NCBI RefSeq assembly: GCF_965219775.1
Contig: NZ_OZ244793.1
Coordinates: forward strand, 724,249 to 788,248
Direction of reading: 5' to 3'
Source: Candidatus Poriferisocius sp.
Lineage (GTDB): Bacteria; Actinomycetota; Acidimicrobiia; Acidimicrobiales; Bin134
DNA: 64,000 nt
The notes under the pieces: generated by a model
Databases searched by the model: none
What the model was told of the DNA's origin: nothing
What the model saw: the letters and a program-made list of their open reading frames with translations, nothing else
Shown here: in pieces, positions 8,002 through 18,555 of the stretch
Numbering within the stretch: position 1 is the first letter of the stretch
Layout of the letters: every line of letters begins with the position of its first letter
Program-made: the position numbers and the translations under genes

Positions 8002-8637
8002 GTGCTCAGCGATCTGCAACGAAGGGTACGCGAGATCCTGGCGGGACTGCCGGAAGCTGAGACCTTCGCTCTTGCGGGTGGTGCCGCACTCATCGTCACG
8101 GGTGTTGTCGATCGATTGACGAATGACCTCGACTACTTCACGCCCCACCCTCAAACGGTCGGGGACCTCTCCGACGCGGTTCAGGCCGCACTAAGTGACG
8201 CCGGCCTGACCGTAACGGTGATCAGGAGTAGCGAATCCTATGTCCAGTTGCAGGTCTCCACTGGCGACGAGACAACCAACATCGACCTTGCGACCGACTA
8301 TCGGATGATGGAAGCGAGGATCACGGAGGAAGGGTTCGTGCTCGTGGTCGACGAATTGGCGGCTGACAAGGTGCTTGCGCTGGAGGCCAGGGGCGCGCCC
8401 CGCGACTACATCGACTTTGCAGCTCTCTGCGACCGTTTCGGCGTGGCCGAGATGTGTGAACTCGCGGGAGGAAAGGACGTGGGGTTCGACCGGGCCCGGC
8501 TTGCCGAGAGGCTTGCGCGGTTTTTCGAGTTGCCACCGAGAGTGTTCAGGTTGGACGACAGCGATTACGAAGGACTGAGAGTGTCCATTGAGGCTGCGTT
8601 GGCCGACCTCGAAGAAGCCATCTCCCAACGAGAGTGA
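8002..8637 (+). CDS. nucleotidyltransferase, AbiEii/AbiGii toxin family
   Basis: 211 aa. NTase signature FALAGGAALIVTGVVDRLTNDLDYF (G-G-x..-D-L-D) and a later RDYIDFAAL. Confidence 0.75.
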   Translation: MLSDLQRRVREILAGLPEAETFALAGGAALIVTGVVDRLTNDLDYFTPHPQTVGDLSDAVQAALSDAGLTVTVIRSSESYVQLQVSTGDETTNIDLATDYRMMEARITEEGFVLVVDELAADKVLALEARGAPRDYIDFAALCDRFGVAEMCELAGGKDVGFDRARLAERLARFFELPPRVFRLDDSDYEGLRVSIEAALADLEEAISQRE

Positions 8638-8639
8638 TG

Positions 8640-8658
8640 CCAGCACATGTGTGCTTGG
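8640..8658. terminator. hairpin between convergent genes (CCAGCACA-TG-TGTGCTTGG)
   Basis: Near-perfect palindrome read directly. No T-tract. Confidence 0.3.
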
Positions 8659-8686
8659 GAGAGGGGGCTGAAGCTGGGTGGGCGGG

Positions 8687-9718
8687 TCAGCGGCGCAGGA
8701 GTTTGGTGACCAGGCCTGACGCAGAAACGGCCAGGATGAGGATGCCCCCGGTCACGATGTCGGGCCAGAAACTGGGCCAGCCCATGAGGGCGATTCCGCT
8801 GAAGGTGACCTTCAGGAAGAGCACGCCGATGAAGGTTCCGAGGATGTGGAACTCACCGTTGCGCAGGGTGACCGCCCCCAAGAAGGCGGCGGTGTAGGCC
8901 TCTAGGAGGAAGGGGTTGCCGGCGTTGGTGGCCGCCACGCCGGTTCGGGCGGCCAAAAGGGCGCCGGCCCCGGCTGCACACCCCCCGCTGATCACGAAGG
9001 CCAGGATCCGGTAACGCGAAACACGGATGCCCGACAGCCGAGCGGCGGTCATGTTGCCCCCGATGGCATCGAGACGCCGACCGGCCACGGTGCGGGCCAT
9101 CATCAGGGCCAGCACCACCAGCACCCCTACCATGATCCAGACCATCATTCTCGGGTGCAGGAAGTGGAAGCCCGGCCACTCGCTGTTGGCCAACTCCTGG
9201 AAGCGGTTGCGCAACGAGATATTGCGGTCGGTCCGCCACAGCGCCAAGCCGGCCAACACCGCCCCGGAACCCAGGGTGGCCACGAACGCGTGAATGCCGA
9301 ACCCGGTCACGATCGCCCCGTTGAACAGCCCGATCAGAATCCCCACACCCACAGCGGCCAACATGGCGAGAAGGATGGTCATGTTGCCCGGCTGGGTGAG
9401 GGGGTCGGCGATCGATCCCGGATCGATGACCTCGGCGGCGATGATGCCGCCCAATCCGATGGCCCCGGCGATCGACAGGTCGAAGTCGCCCACGATCAAC
9501 GCGATGGTCAAACCGCCGGCCACGATGCCCAACAAGGCGGTGTTGTTAACGATCACGTGCCAGTTGTTGGCCGTGAAGAAGGTGTCGAATCGCAGAATCC
9601 CGAAGAACGCGATCTCCGCCAGCAGGATGGCCACCGGGGCCATTCGGGCAATGGCACGGGGGTCGAGACGGCTCAGCACTGAGTCCGAGGGGGCAGCGGC
9701 GGATGGGGTGTCGGTCAT
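8687..9718 (-). CDS. sugar ABC transporter permease (RbsC-like)
   Basis: 343 aa, multi-TM hydrophobic, typical BPD_transp_2-like sequence. In an operon with the SBP and ATPase genes. Confidence 0.9.
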   Translation of the reverse strand: MTDTPSAAAPSDSVLSRLDPRAIARMAPVAILLAEIAFFGILRFDTFFTANNWHVIVNNTALLGIVAGGLTIALIVGDFDLSIAGAIGLGGIIAAEVIDPGSIADPLTQPGNMTILLAMLAAVGVGILIGLFNGAIVTGFGIHAFVATLGSGAVLAGLALWRTDRNISLRNRFQELANSEWPGFHFLHPRMMVWIMVGVLVVLALMMARTVAGRRLDAIGGNMTAARLSGIRVSRYRILAFVISGGCAAGAGALLAARTGVAATNAGNPFLLEAYTAAFLGAVTLRNGEFHILGTFIGVLFLKVTFSGIALMGWPSFWPDIVTGGILILAVSASGLVTKLLRR

Positions 9719-9779
9719 GGCAGAACTCCGGGGAGGAATTGCTCGGGAGGCACCACGGGCACCCCCCGAGCAGGTGTCC

Positions 9780-11000
9780 TCAGTTGCTGACCATGTTGGG
9801 ATTCAGCACGTAGGGCGGGGCATTGAACACGCCCTCGGGTCCGGGAATCTCGTCGTTGGCGGTCAAGAAGCCGGTGGGAACGAGCGTGTCCTCAGGCAGG
9901 TCCACCCCGGAAAGGGCCAAGGCCAGGTACTCACAAGCGAGCATCCCGATCTGGGCGTTGGACTGGCCCACGGTGGCGTGAATGTCACCGGACCGCAAGA
10001 GGTCGAATCCGGTCACGTTGTCGCCGGTGTAGCTGGTGATGACGATGTCGTCGCGCCCCAGATCATCCAAGGCCTGCAGCGCACCGAGGGCGGGTACGTC
10101 CCAGTGGGCGAAGATCGCTCCGATGTCGGGATCGGCCTGAAGGTTGGCTTCGGTGATCGACCGGAAGCCCTCAGGGGTGCCGTCACCGGGCGGCCAATCC
10201 ACCACCTCGATGTTGGGGAACTCGAAAGCCAGCACCGACTTGAGGATGTGGGTGCGCTGGTCGAGGGTGTAGATGCCGGGAATCCCGAGCACGGCCACCT
10301 TGCCCTCACCGTTGAGCTGGTTGCCGATGAACTGGGCGATGAGCGGGCTGGCGGCCCATTCGTCCTCGCGGATGTCGGCCGAGCCAACCTCATTGCCGGC
10401 GTATGTGCCGATGAACGGGGTGCCGTCGGCGTTGGCCGCGTCGATGGCGGGGCGCAGGGCCTCTCCCGCGTTGGAGACATTCCAGATGGCGTCGTCTCCC
10501 CGACCAAGGAACGTCTCCACCGCCTGGACGGCGGCGTTGGCGTCGAAGTTGGCGTTCACGAACTCGGCCGAGCCTCCGTTGGCCTCAATGGTGGCAATGC
10601 AGGGGTCGGTCTGGATGGTCACCTCCGGAACGGCCAGCACGCCCACGATGCCGATGCTGGTGCCGTCGAACGCCCCGAAGTCCACCTCCCAACCGGATTG
10701 GCTCATCTGGGCCCCGACCACCCCGACAGAGCCCGCTTCCTCCTCGGGGCGCAGCCGCTGATCGCCGGAGGTCACCACGACCTCGACGCTCTCGGCACCG
10801 TCCCCGTCGGCCGCGGCATCACCATCGCCGGAGGTATCCCCGTCGCCGGAACCGCCGGCATCCGCGGCGGCATCCGGTTCCCCGGTGGCGGGGGCTCCTG
10901 CGTCCCCCACGGGGCCGTCATCGTCGTCGCCGCACGCGGCGGCCACCAGAGCCAGCGACAACAGCATCGCCAGCAAAGCGAGCAGACTGCTTCTCCTCAT
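9780..11000 (-). CDS. sugar ABC transporter substrate-binding lipoprotein (Peripla_BP-type)
   Basis: ATG at 10998-11000 gives MRRSSLLALLAMLLSLALVAAACGDDDD, a lipobox followed by an acidic D/G-rich linker and a periplasmic-binding fold. Alternative starts up to 11078. Confidence 0.85.
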   Translation of the reverse strand: MRRSSLLALLAMLLSLALVAAACGDDDDGPVGDAGAPATGEPDAAADAGGSGDGDTSGDGDAAADGDGAESVEVVVTSGDQRLRPEEEAGSVGVVGAQMSQSGWEVDFGAFDGTSIGIVGVLAVPEVTIQTDPCIATIEANGGSAEFVNANFDANAAVQAVETFLGRGDDAIWNVSNAGEALRPAIDAANADGTPFIGTYAGNEVGSADIREDEWAASPLIAQFIGNQLNGEGKVAVLGIPGIYTLDQRTHILKSVLAFEFPNIEVVDWPPGDGTPEGFRSITEANLQADPDIGAIFAHWDVPALGALQALDDLGRDDIVITSYTGDNVTGFDLLRSGDIHATVGQSNAQIGMLACEYLALALSGVDLPEDTLVPTGFLTANDEIPGPEGVFNAPPYVLNPNMVSN

Positions 11001-11095
11001 GGAAGTCTGCCTTTCGTTGATTCTCGTATGTCTCTTCATGGTTGTTTGCCTCCAAGTGGAATGGGGTGATCTTGTCACCCTCTCCCGTTCAACGC

Positions 11096-12595
<1,500 letters not shown>

Positions 12596-12636
12596 GGCTG
12601 GAGCAATCCCGCCCGACTACGACACCACGGCGGCTA

Positions 12637-13389
12637 TCACTGGGCCACCCAACCGCCGTCGACGGCAAGTATGGAGCCCTGGCAAAGGCTGGAGTCCTCG
12701 GTGGCGAAGAACAACACGGCGCCCGCAATTTCTTCGGGGCGGCCCATGCGGCCGATGGGCATCATCCCCCGGAGCATCTCTTGGGCTTCCTCCTGGTCGG
12801 GCATGAGCTGGGTCCAGCGTTCCATCATCGGTGTCTGGATGACACCGGGGCACACGCAGTTGAAGCGAACACCCGATTGGGCCAGCTCGATGGCCACGTG
12901 CTTCACATAACCGACCAGCCCGTGTTTGGAACCGCCGTAGGGGCTGGCCAGGGGAAAGCCGACCAGGCCATTGAGTGAGGCGATGTAGATGGCACTGCCC
13001 GATCCGGCGGCCACCATGTGGGGAACCACGTGTTTGGTGAACAGCCACGGCCCCTTGAGGTCGGTATCGATCACCAGATCCCACTCGTCCTCGGTGACCT
13101 CGTCATACGCCTTGTTCAGCTCCGCCCCGGCGTTGTTGACCAGCACATCCACCCGCCCCCAGCGATCCATGGCGGCATCGGCCACCTGCTTGACCGAAGC
13201 TTCGTCGCGCACATCCACATGGATGGCCCAGGCGGCGTCGCCCAGCTCGGCGGCCAGCCGGTTGGCCCCCTCAAGGTTGATGTCGGCAATGCAGACTTCC
13301 GACCCCTCGTCGACGAACCGACGGACGATGGCCTCGCCGATACCGCTGGCCCCGCCGGTGATGATGCTGGTCTGTCCCTGGATACGCAT
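12637..13389 (-). CDS. SDR family oxidoreductase
   Basis: 250 aa. Has TGGASGIGEA, NNAG, and a Y-x3-K context. Confidence 0.9.
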   Translation of the reverse strand: MRIQGQTSIITGGASGIGEAIVRRFVDEGSEVCIADINLEGANRLAAELGDAAWAIHVDVRDEASVKQVADAAMDRWGRVDVLVNNAGAELNKAYDEVTEDEWDLVIDTDLKGPWLFTKHVVPHMVAAGSGSAIYIASLNGLVGFPLASPYGGSKHGLVGYVKHVAIELAQSGVRFNCVCPGVIQTPMMERWTQLMPDQEEAQEMLRGMMPIGRMGRPEEIAGAVLFFATEDSSLCQGSILAVDGGWVAQ

Positions 13390-13465
13390 GGTGCCTCCCC
13401 CGGATCCCGTGCTCGGTGGCGCGAGAACCTAAGAAGCGGGCCGAAGATTGTCAAGCATGAACCGG

Positions 13466-14575
13466 TCAGTCGAAGAGCACCACGCCGCGGGCGTCGCGGC
13501 CGTTTTCCATTTTGGCGACGGCGTCGTTGATGTCCTCGAGGGCGAAGTGGTGGGTGACGAGTTCGTTGAGCCGGATGCGGTCCTGACGGAACATGTCCAC
13601 CAGCATCGGGATGTCCTTGGTGGGGCGGGAGGTGCCGTACAGACAGGACATGAGCGTCTTCTCGGTGGTGGCAAACTGCTCGGCGGGCAACGCCACGGTC
13701 GAGCCCGCCGGATGCACCCCGATGGCCACCAGGGTGCCGTCCACCCGCAGGCAATCCCAGGCCAGCCGGACCAGCGGCGGCACCCCGACCACCTCGAAGG
13801 CGTAGTTGGCCCCCTCGCCGCCGGTGAGGTCGAACACCTGGGCCACGGTGGCCTCGGCGTCGTCGTTTCGGATGGTGTGGGTGGCGCCGAATTCTCTGGC
13901 CATGGCCAGCTTGGCGTCGTGCAGGTCCACGGCGATGATGGTGGCGGCGTTGGCCATGGCGGTGGCCTGCACCACGTTGAGGCCCACCCCCCCGCAGCCG
14001 ATCACCACCACCGATGAGCCCGGCTGCACCCCGGCTCGATTGAACACGGCCGAGACACCGGTGAGTACGCCACAGCCGGTGAGCGCGGCCGCCTCGAAGG
14101 GCACGTCATCGGGGATCGGCACCGCGTGCTTCTCGCTGCAGATCAACTCCTCGGCCAGGGTGCCGATGGAAGCGAACTGGTAGAGGCCGTTGCCCTCCGG
14201 ATCGGTGGCCCGCAGGGCCCGGTCGTTGGCGTTGGTGCCGGAGAAAATGGTCTCCAGGCCCCACATGCACAGGTTGGGTCGACCCTTGAGGCAATTGGTG
14301 CACTGCCCACAGTGGATGAGCGCCGACAGCACGACGTGGTCGCCCACCGCACACGTGGTGACCGCATCTCCGGCCTCCACCACCACGCCGGCCCCCTCGT
14401 GGCCGAGCACCATGGGGAGGGGGAAGGGCAACTCCCCGGTTTGCACCGCCACATCGGAGTGGCACAGGCCGCTGGCCCGCACCTGCACCCGCACATCGTG
14501 GGGCCCGACCGCTCCGGGGGTGGCGTCCACCACCTGGATCGGCGTGCCGAACTCGTAGACAACCGCAGCTTTCAT
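13466..14575 (-). CDS. Zn-dependent alcohol dehydrogenase family protein
   Basis: ATG at 14573-14575 with AAGGAGA upstream gives MKAAVVYEFG.. and GLCHSDV. The track ORF to 14998 is an Arg/Pro shadow extension. Confidence 0.9.
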   Translation of the reverse strand: MKAAVVYEFGTPIQVVDATPGAVGPHDVRVQVRASGLCHSDVAVQTGELPFPLPMVLGHEGAGVVVEAGDAVTTCAVGDHVVLSALIHCGQCTNCLKGRPNLCMWGLETIFSGTNANDRALRATDPEGNGLYQFASIGTLAEELICSEKHAVPIPDDVPFEAAALTGCGVLTGVSAVFNRAGVQPGSSVVVIGCGGVGLNVVQATAMANAATIIAVDLHDAKLAMAREFGATHTIRNDDAEATVAQVFDLTGGEGANYAFEVVGVPPLVRLAWDCLRVDGTLVAIGVHPAGSTVALPAEQFATTEKTLMSCLYGTSRPTKDIPMLVDMFRQDRIRLNELVTHHFALEDINDAVAKMENGRDARGVVLFD

Positions 14576-14652
14576 CGCTCTCTCCTTATGGGCGGGGTCC
14601 GGTTGGTGTTTGGGGTCAGTTCCTGCTTTCGGGATTCTCGGGGCGGGCTGGG

Positions 14653-15672
14653 CTATTTCAGGGCGATGGGGTTGATGGGGGAGCCGACGGCGCCGGGGAC
14701 GTTCAGCGGGGGGGCCACCAGCAGGAACTCGTAGCGACCGTCGGCGGCGCAATCCGCGGCCAGCTCGTCCAACACCCAGAACTCGCCGAGGGGCAGGCCT
14801 CGGTCCACCAGCGCCCCGCAGTGGACCGGGTAGCGCCGGCCGTCGGGATCCTCGGGGACGAGCACCTCCACGCCGATGGTGTCGGCGGCCACCGCGGAGA
14901 TGTCGTGGCGATCGCACCAACTGAGCGCATCGATGCCCAATCCCGGTGACCCCTGGAAGTAGGCCCCCTGCTGGGCGGGGGAGAACTCCGGGTTCCACTG
15001 GGCGAGGTAGCCGGTGCGCAGGAGAAGCATGTCGCCGGGCTCCACGGTGGTGGACTGGGCCTCCACGCAGCGGTCGAGCATGGCCGAATCGACCACGGTG
15101 GATTCAGCCAGCACGTCGCAGCTCTCCGACCGGGCCAGGTCGCACAGAATGGCCCGGCCCACGAAGCTCTGGCGGTGGTGCTCGATGCCCAGGAACGCGG
15201 CGCCCCCGAAAGCGGTGATGTTGCCCCCCCAGTAGCCGTTGTACAGGGTGTCGCGGTACATGACGTGGCCGAACCCGTCCCACTGGGTGGAGCCCTGCAG
15301 TGGCATCTGGAACATGTCGTCGTTCCACTGGAAGTCGGGGTCGAGGGCACTGTAGGGCGAGCCCACCACCTGGTCGGAACCCGACATGAGGAACCAGTGC
15401 AGCGGGGCCGGACGGGAGTGGAAGCGGGGACCGCTGGCGTCGATGGGCAGGGCCAGGGAGAACACCTTGCCGGATTGCACCAGCGATGCCGCCCTCACCC
15501 GCTGGTCGGGACCGATGAGGTTCTGGGTGCCGATCTGGTCGTCGTCGCCCCAGCGTCCCCAGTTGTTGGGCTGGTCGGGCTGATAGCCACCGACCACCTT
15601 CCCGGCGTCGTCCACGGTGTAGTCGGGGGCCGACCAAGCCGTGGCGTACTGGGCGAAGTCCTTGCGGCCCAT
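14653..15672 (-). CDS. cyclase family protein (kynurenine formamidase-like, PF04199)
   Basis: 339 aa. NNWGRWGDDDQIGTQNLI is typical of putative cyclases. Confidence 0.8.
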   Translation of the reverse strand: MGRKDFAQYATAWSAPDYTVDDAGKVVGGYQPDQPNNWGRWGDDDQIGTQNLIGPDQRVRAASLVQSGKVFSLALPIDASGPRFHSRPAPLHWFLMSGSDQVVGSPYSALDPDFQWNDDMFQMPLQGSTQWDGFGHVMYRDTLYNGYWGGNITAFGGAAFLGIEHHRQSFVGRAILCDLARSESCDVLAESTVVDSAMLDRCVEAQSTTVEPGDMLLLRTGYLAQWNPEFSPAQQGAYFQGSPGLGIDALSWCDRHDISAVAADTIGVEVLVPEDPDGRRYPVHCGALVDRGLPLGEFWVLDELAADCAADGRYEFLLVAPPLNVPGAVGSPINPIALK

Positions 15673-15842
15673 GATGACAACCTCCTTGTGACCGGCTCGG
15701 GCGAGCCGTTGTTCGCTCCGGCGGGTTGGGTGGTCACACTAACCGGCCCGGCCGGGCGGGGCCGGGCCTGCTCACCCACCAACCGTCCCCGGGCACCCAC
15801 CACCCCAACAGGCGGGGTTGTTCCGCCGGCCCCCGCCGGGGG

Positions 15843-16619
15843 TCACGGGGTGAGGAGTTGGCCCAGGCGGCGGCTGGCGATGGTGGCCCCCAAGGCCCCG
15901 AGGGCCAGCAGGTAGGCGGCGTGGACCAACAGGCTCCAGCCCACGTCACCGGAGATGAAGGCCCGCTCCAGGGCCACCCCGTGGTAGAGGGGGGTGGCCT
16001 GCACCAGGAACTGCACGGCCCGGGGATAGGTGTCGAGGGGGAAGAAGGTGGCCGAGAACAGAAACTGCACGATGAGCGGCACCGTCACCAGGTCGAGATC
16101 GTTCCAGCTTCGCATGTAGCTGGTGGCCGCCATGCCCACCGCGGCGAAGGTGAACCCGATCAGCGTGGCCCCCGGCAGGGCGACAATGGCCCACATCGAA
16201 TCGACCAGGCCGAATCCGGCCATGACCCCCAGGAAACCGGCCCCGTACATGGTGGCTCGCAGCACCGACCAGCCCATCTCCCCCAGGGCCAGATCCAGCA
16301 CGCCCACCGGGGTGGCCAGCACGGCGTCGTAGATCTTGGCCCAGGTGAGCTTGTAGTACATGTTCATGGTGCTGTCGTAGAACGTGCCGTTCATGGCCGA
16401 GGTGGCCAACAGGCCGGGGGCCACGAAAGTGCGGTAGTCCACCGAGCGCCCGCCCACGGACACCTCGCCCACCAGTTCGCCGATCCCGATGCCGATGGAC
16501 AGCAGGTAGAACACCGGTTCGAAGAAGCCGGTGAACAGCACCAGCCAGGTGCGCCGGTAGACGGTGACATTCCGCTCCACCACCCGTACGAACCGCCGCG
16601 ACGGCACCAGCAGCGTCAT
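15843..16619 (-). CDS. ABC-2 type transporter permease
   Basis: 258 aa, six-TM style. Follows a paralogous permease and an ATPase. Confidence 0.85.
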   Translation of the reverse strand: MTLLVPSRRFVRVVERNVTVYRRTWLVLFTGFFEPVFYLLSIGIGIGELVGEVSVGGRSVDYRTFVAPGLLATSAMNGTFYDSTMNMYYKLTWAKIYDAVLATPVGVLDLALGEMGWSVLRATMYGAGFLGVMAGFGLVDSMWAIVALPGATLIGFTFAAVGMAATSYMRSWNDLDLVTVPLIVQFLFSATFFPLDTYPRAVQFLVQATPLYHGVALERAFISGDVGWSLLVHAAYLLALGALGATIASRRLGQLLTP

Positions 16620-16653
16620 GGCCGCAACCCTCGGCGCAAAGGCACCCGGAGGC

Positions 16654-17454
16654 TCATTCGTAGAGCTTTCGGGCGAAGGTGTGGGCGGCGGCCCGCCACC
16701 CCAGCAGGATCAGCGCCACCAGGTAGACGGCGTGGCCCGCCAAATCCCACCCCAGGCCCCCGCCGGTGGACAGCGCCCGGCACAGGCGCACGCCGTGCCA
16801 CACCGGGGTGATCCAGGCGATCTGCTCCAGCACCACCGGCAACTGCGACACCGGGTAGAAGATGCCCGAGAACAAGAACATGGGCATGATCACGAACCGG
16901 GTGAAGGTGCTGAAGTTGTCGGCCTGGGTGCGGGTGGCCACGAAGGCGGTGGTGGGGGTGGCAAAGGCCATGCCGCACAGGGTGGCCGCCAACGGGGCCA
17001 GCAGGGCCAGCGGCGACGACACCGCCCCGAAGACCGCCATCACCCCCAGGAACACCACGCTGGCCAGCGCCACCCGGGACGCCATGAACCAGAAGTGGCC
17101 GAGCAGGATGTCGCGGTCCCGAAGCGGCGAGGCGGCCATGGCCAGGTAGGTGCGGTACCACTTGAAGCCGCCCATCACCGGATAGGTGGACTCGTTGACG
17201 GCCAGCATCATGGCGTTGCCGGCCAACAGGCCCGGCGCCAGAAAGTCCAGATAGTCGAGGCCGCCCAGGCCCTGGCGGGCCCCGGCCTCGGCGTCCACCA
17301 GCGAGCCCAGGCCCAGCCCCATGGCGGCCAGGAACAGGATCGGGCTCAAGAAGATGGTGAACAGCGACCCCTTCCAGTTCCGACGGTAGGTGACCAGCCA
17401 GTACTCGTAGGCCAACCGGGGACTGGGGATGACGTCGGCGCGGGCCATCAGCAA
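16654..17454 (-). CDS. ABC-2 type transporter permease
   Basis: 266 aa hydrophobic paralog of 15843..16619. Confidence 0.85.
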   Translation of the reverse strand: MLMARADVIPSPRLAYEYWLVTYRRNWKGSLFTIFLSPILFLAAMGLGLGSLVDAEAGARQGLGGLDYLDFLAPGLLAGNAMMLAVNESTYPVMGGFKWYRTYLAMAASPLRDRDILLGHFWFMASRVALASVVFLGVMAVFGAVSSPLALLAPLAATLCGMAFATPTTAFVATRTQADNFSTFTRFVIMPMFLFSGIFYPVSQLPVVLEQIAWITPVWHGVRLCRALSTGGGLGWDLAGHAVYLVALILLGWRAAAHTFARKLYE

Positions 17455-17518
17455 ACCCCGCGAAGAGCGGGTGAGAGGCCAGGGTCGGAGCGATCGGTCG
17501 ACACGTCGGCGCGGGTCA

Positions 17519-18514
17519 TCAGTCCACCAACGACCGCCCGGTGAGGTGCAAGAACACGTCCTCGAGGGTGCTGCGGCGCACCAGCACGCTCTCGGGCTTG
17601 ACCTCGCCGAGTTGGGACACCACCCGCTCCCCGTGGTCGGTGTACAACAGCACCCGATCGGGCAGCTCCTCGGCCCGCTCGTACAGCCGGTGGGCCCCGT
17701 CGCCGTCGGATTGCGCGGGCAACCGGCGGAGCTGGTCGGCCAGCGCGGTGGTCTGGTCGTGGGCCCGCAGCTCCACCACCTCCCGGGTGGAGTAGCGCTC
17801 GATGAGTTGGCGGGGCGAGCCCTCGGCCACGATCTCCCCCCGGTCCATCACCACCAGGCGGTCGCAGAGCTGCTCGGCCTCGTCCATGTAGTGGGTGGTG
17901 AGCACCTGCGTCACCCCCCGGCGCTTCAGGGTCCACAGGCGCTCCCACACCACGTGGCGGGCCTGGGGGTCGAGGCCGGTGGTGGGCTCGTCCAACAGCA
18001 GCACCTCGGGCTCGCTGATCAGGGCCCGGGCGATGGTCAAGCGGCGCTTCATGCCCCCCGACAGCGGTTCCACGTGGTCGTCGGCTCGTTCGCTGAGCTG
18101 CACGAACTCCAACAGCTCGGCGATGCGGGGGCGCAGCACCGACCGGGGCAGGTCGAAGTACCGTCCGTACACGTAGAGGTTCTCGGCCACCGACAGCTCT
18201 TCGTCGAGGTTGTCCTGCTGGGGCACGACCCCCAGGCGGGATCGGATCCGGGTGCCCTCGCGAGCGGGATCCATGCCCATCACCCGCAGTGCGCCCCCCG
18301 TGGGGGCCGACACGCAGCCGATCATCCGCATGGTGGACGACTTGCCCGCCCCGTTCGGACCGAGGAACCCGAAGACCTCGCCCCGGTTGACCTCGAAGTC
18401 GATGCCGTCCACCGCGGTGAACTCGCCGAACTGCTTGGTCAACCCCCACGCCACGATCAGAGACACTCGGTGGAGGATACGGCCCGGCCACCGCGCCGAG
18501 GCAGTTCTGGCCAC
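17519..18514 (-). CDS. ABC transporter ATP-binding protein (DrrA/NodI-like)
   Basis: GPNGAGKSSTMRMI is Walker A, LSGGMKRRL the signature and LLLDEPTTGLD Walker B. Start is GTG at 18514 or GTG at 18466. Confidence 0.85.
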   Translation of the reverse strand: MARTASARWPGRILHRVSLIVAWGLTKQFGEFTAVDGIDFEVNRGEVFGFLGPNGAGKSSTMRMIGCVSAPTGGALRVMGMDPAREGTRIRSRLGVVPQQDNLDEELSVAENLYVYGRYFDLPRSVLRPRIAELLEFVQLSERADDHVEPLSGGMKRRLTIARALISEPEVLLLDEPTTGLDPQARHVVWERLWTLKRRGVTQVLTTHYMDEAEQLCDRLVVMDRGEIVAEGSPRQLIERYSTREVVELRAHDQTTALADQLRRLPAQSDGDGAHRLYERAEELPDRVLLYTDHGERVVSQLGEVKPESVLVRRSTLEDVFLHLTGRSLVD

Positions 18515-18555
18515 CGAGGCCGTCGGCTCCCGCTCGAATGGGCCATGATGGGGTC

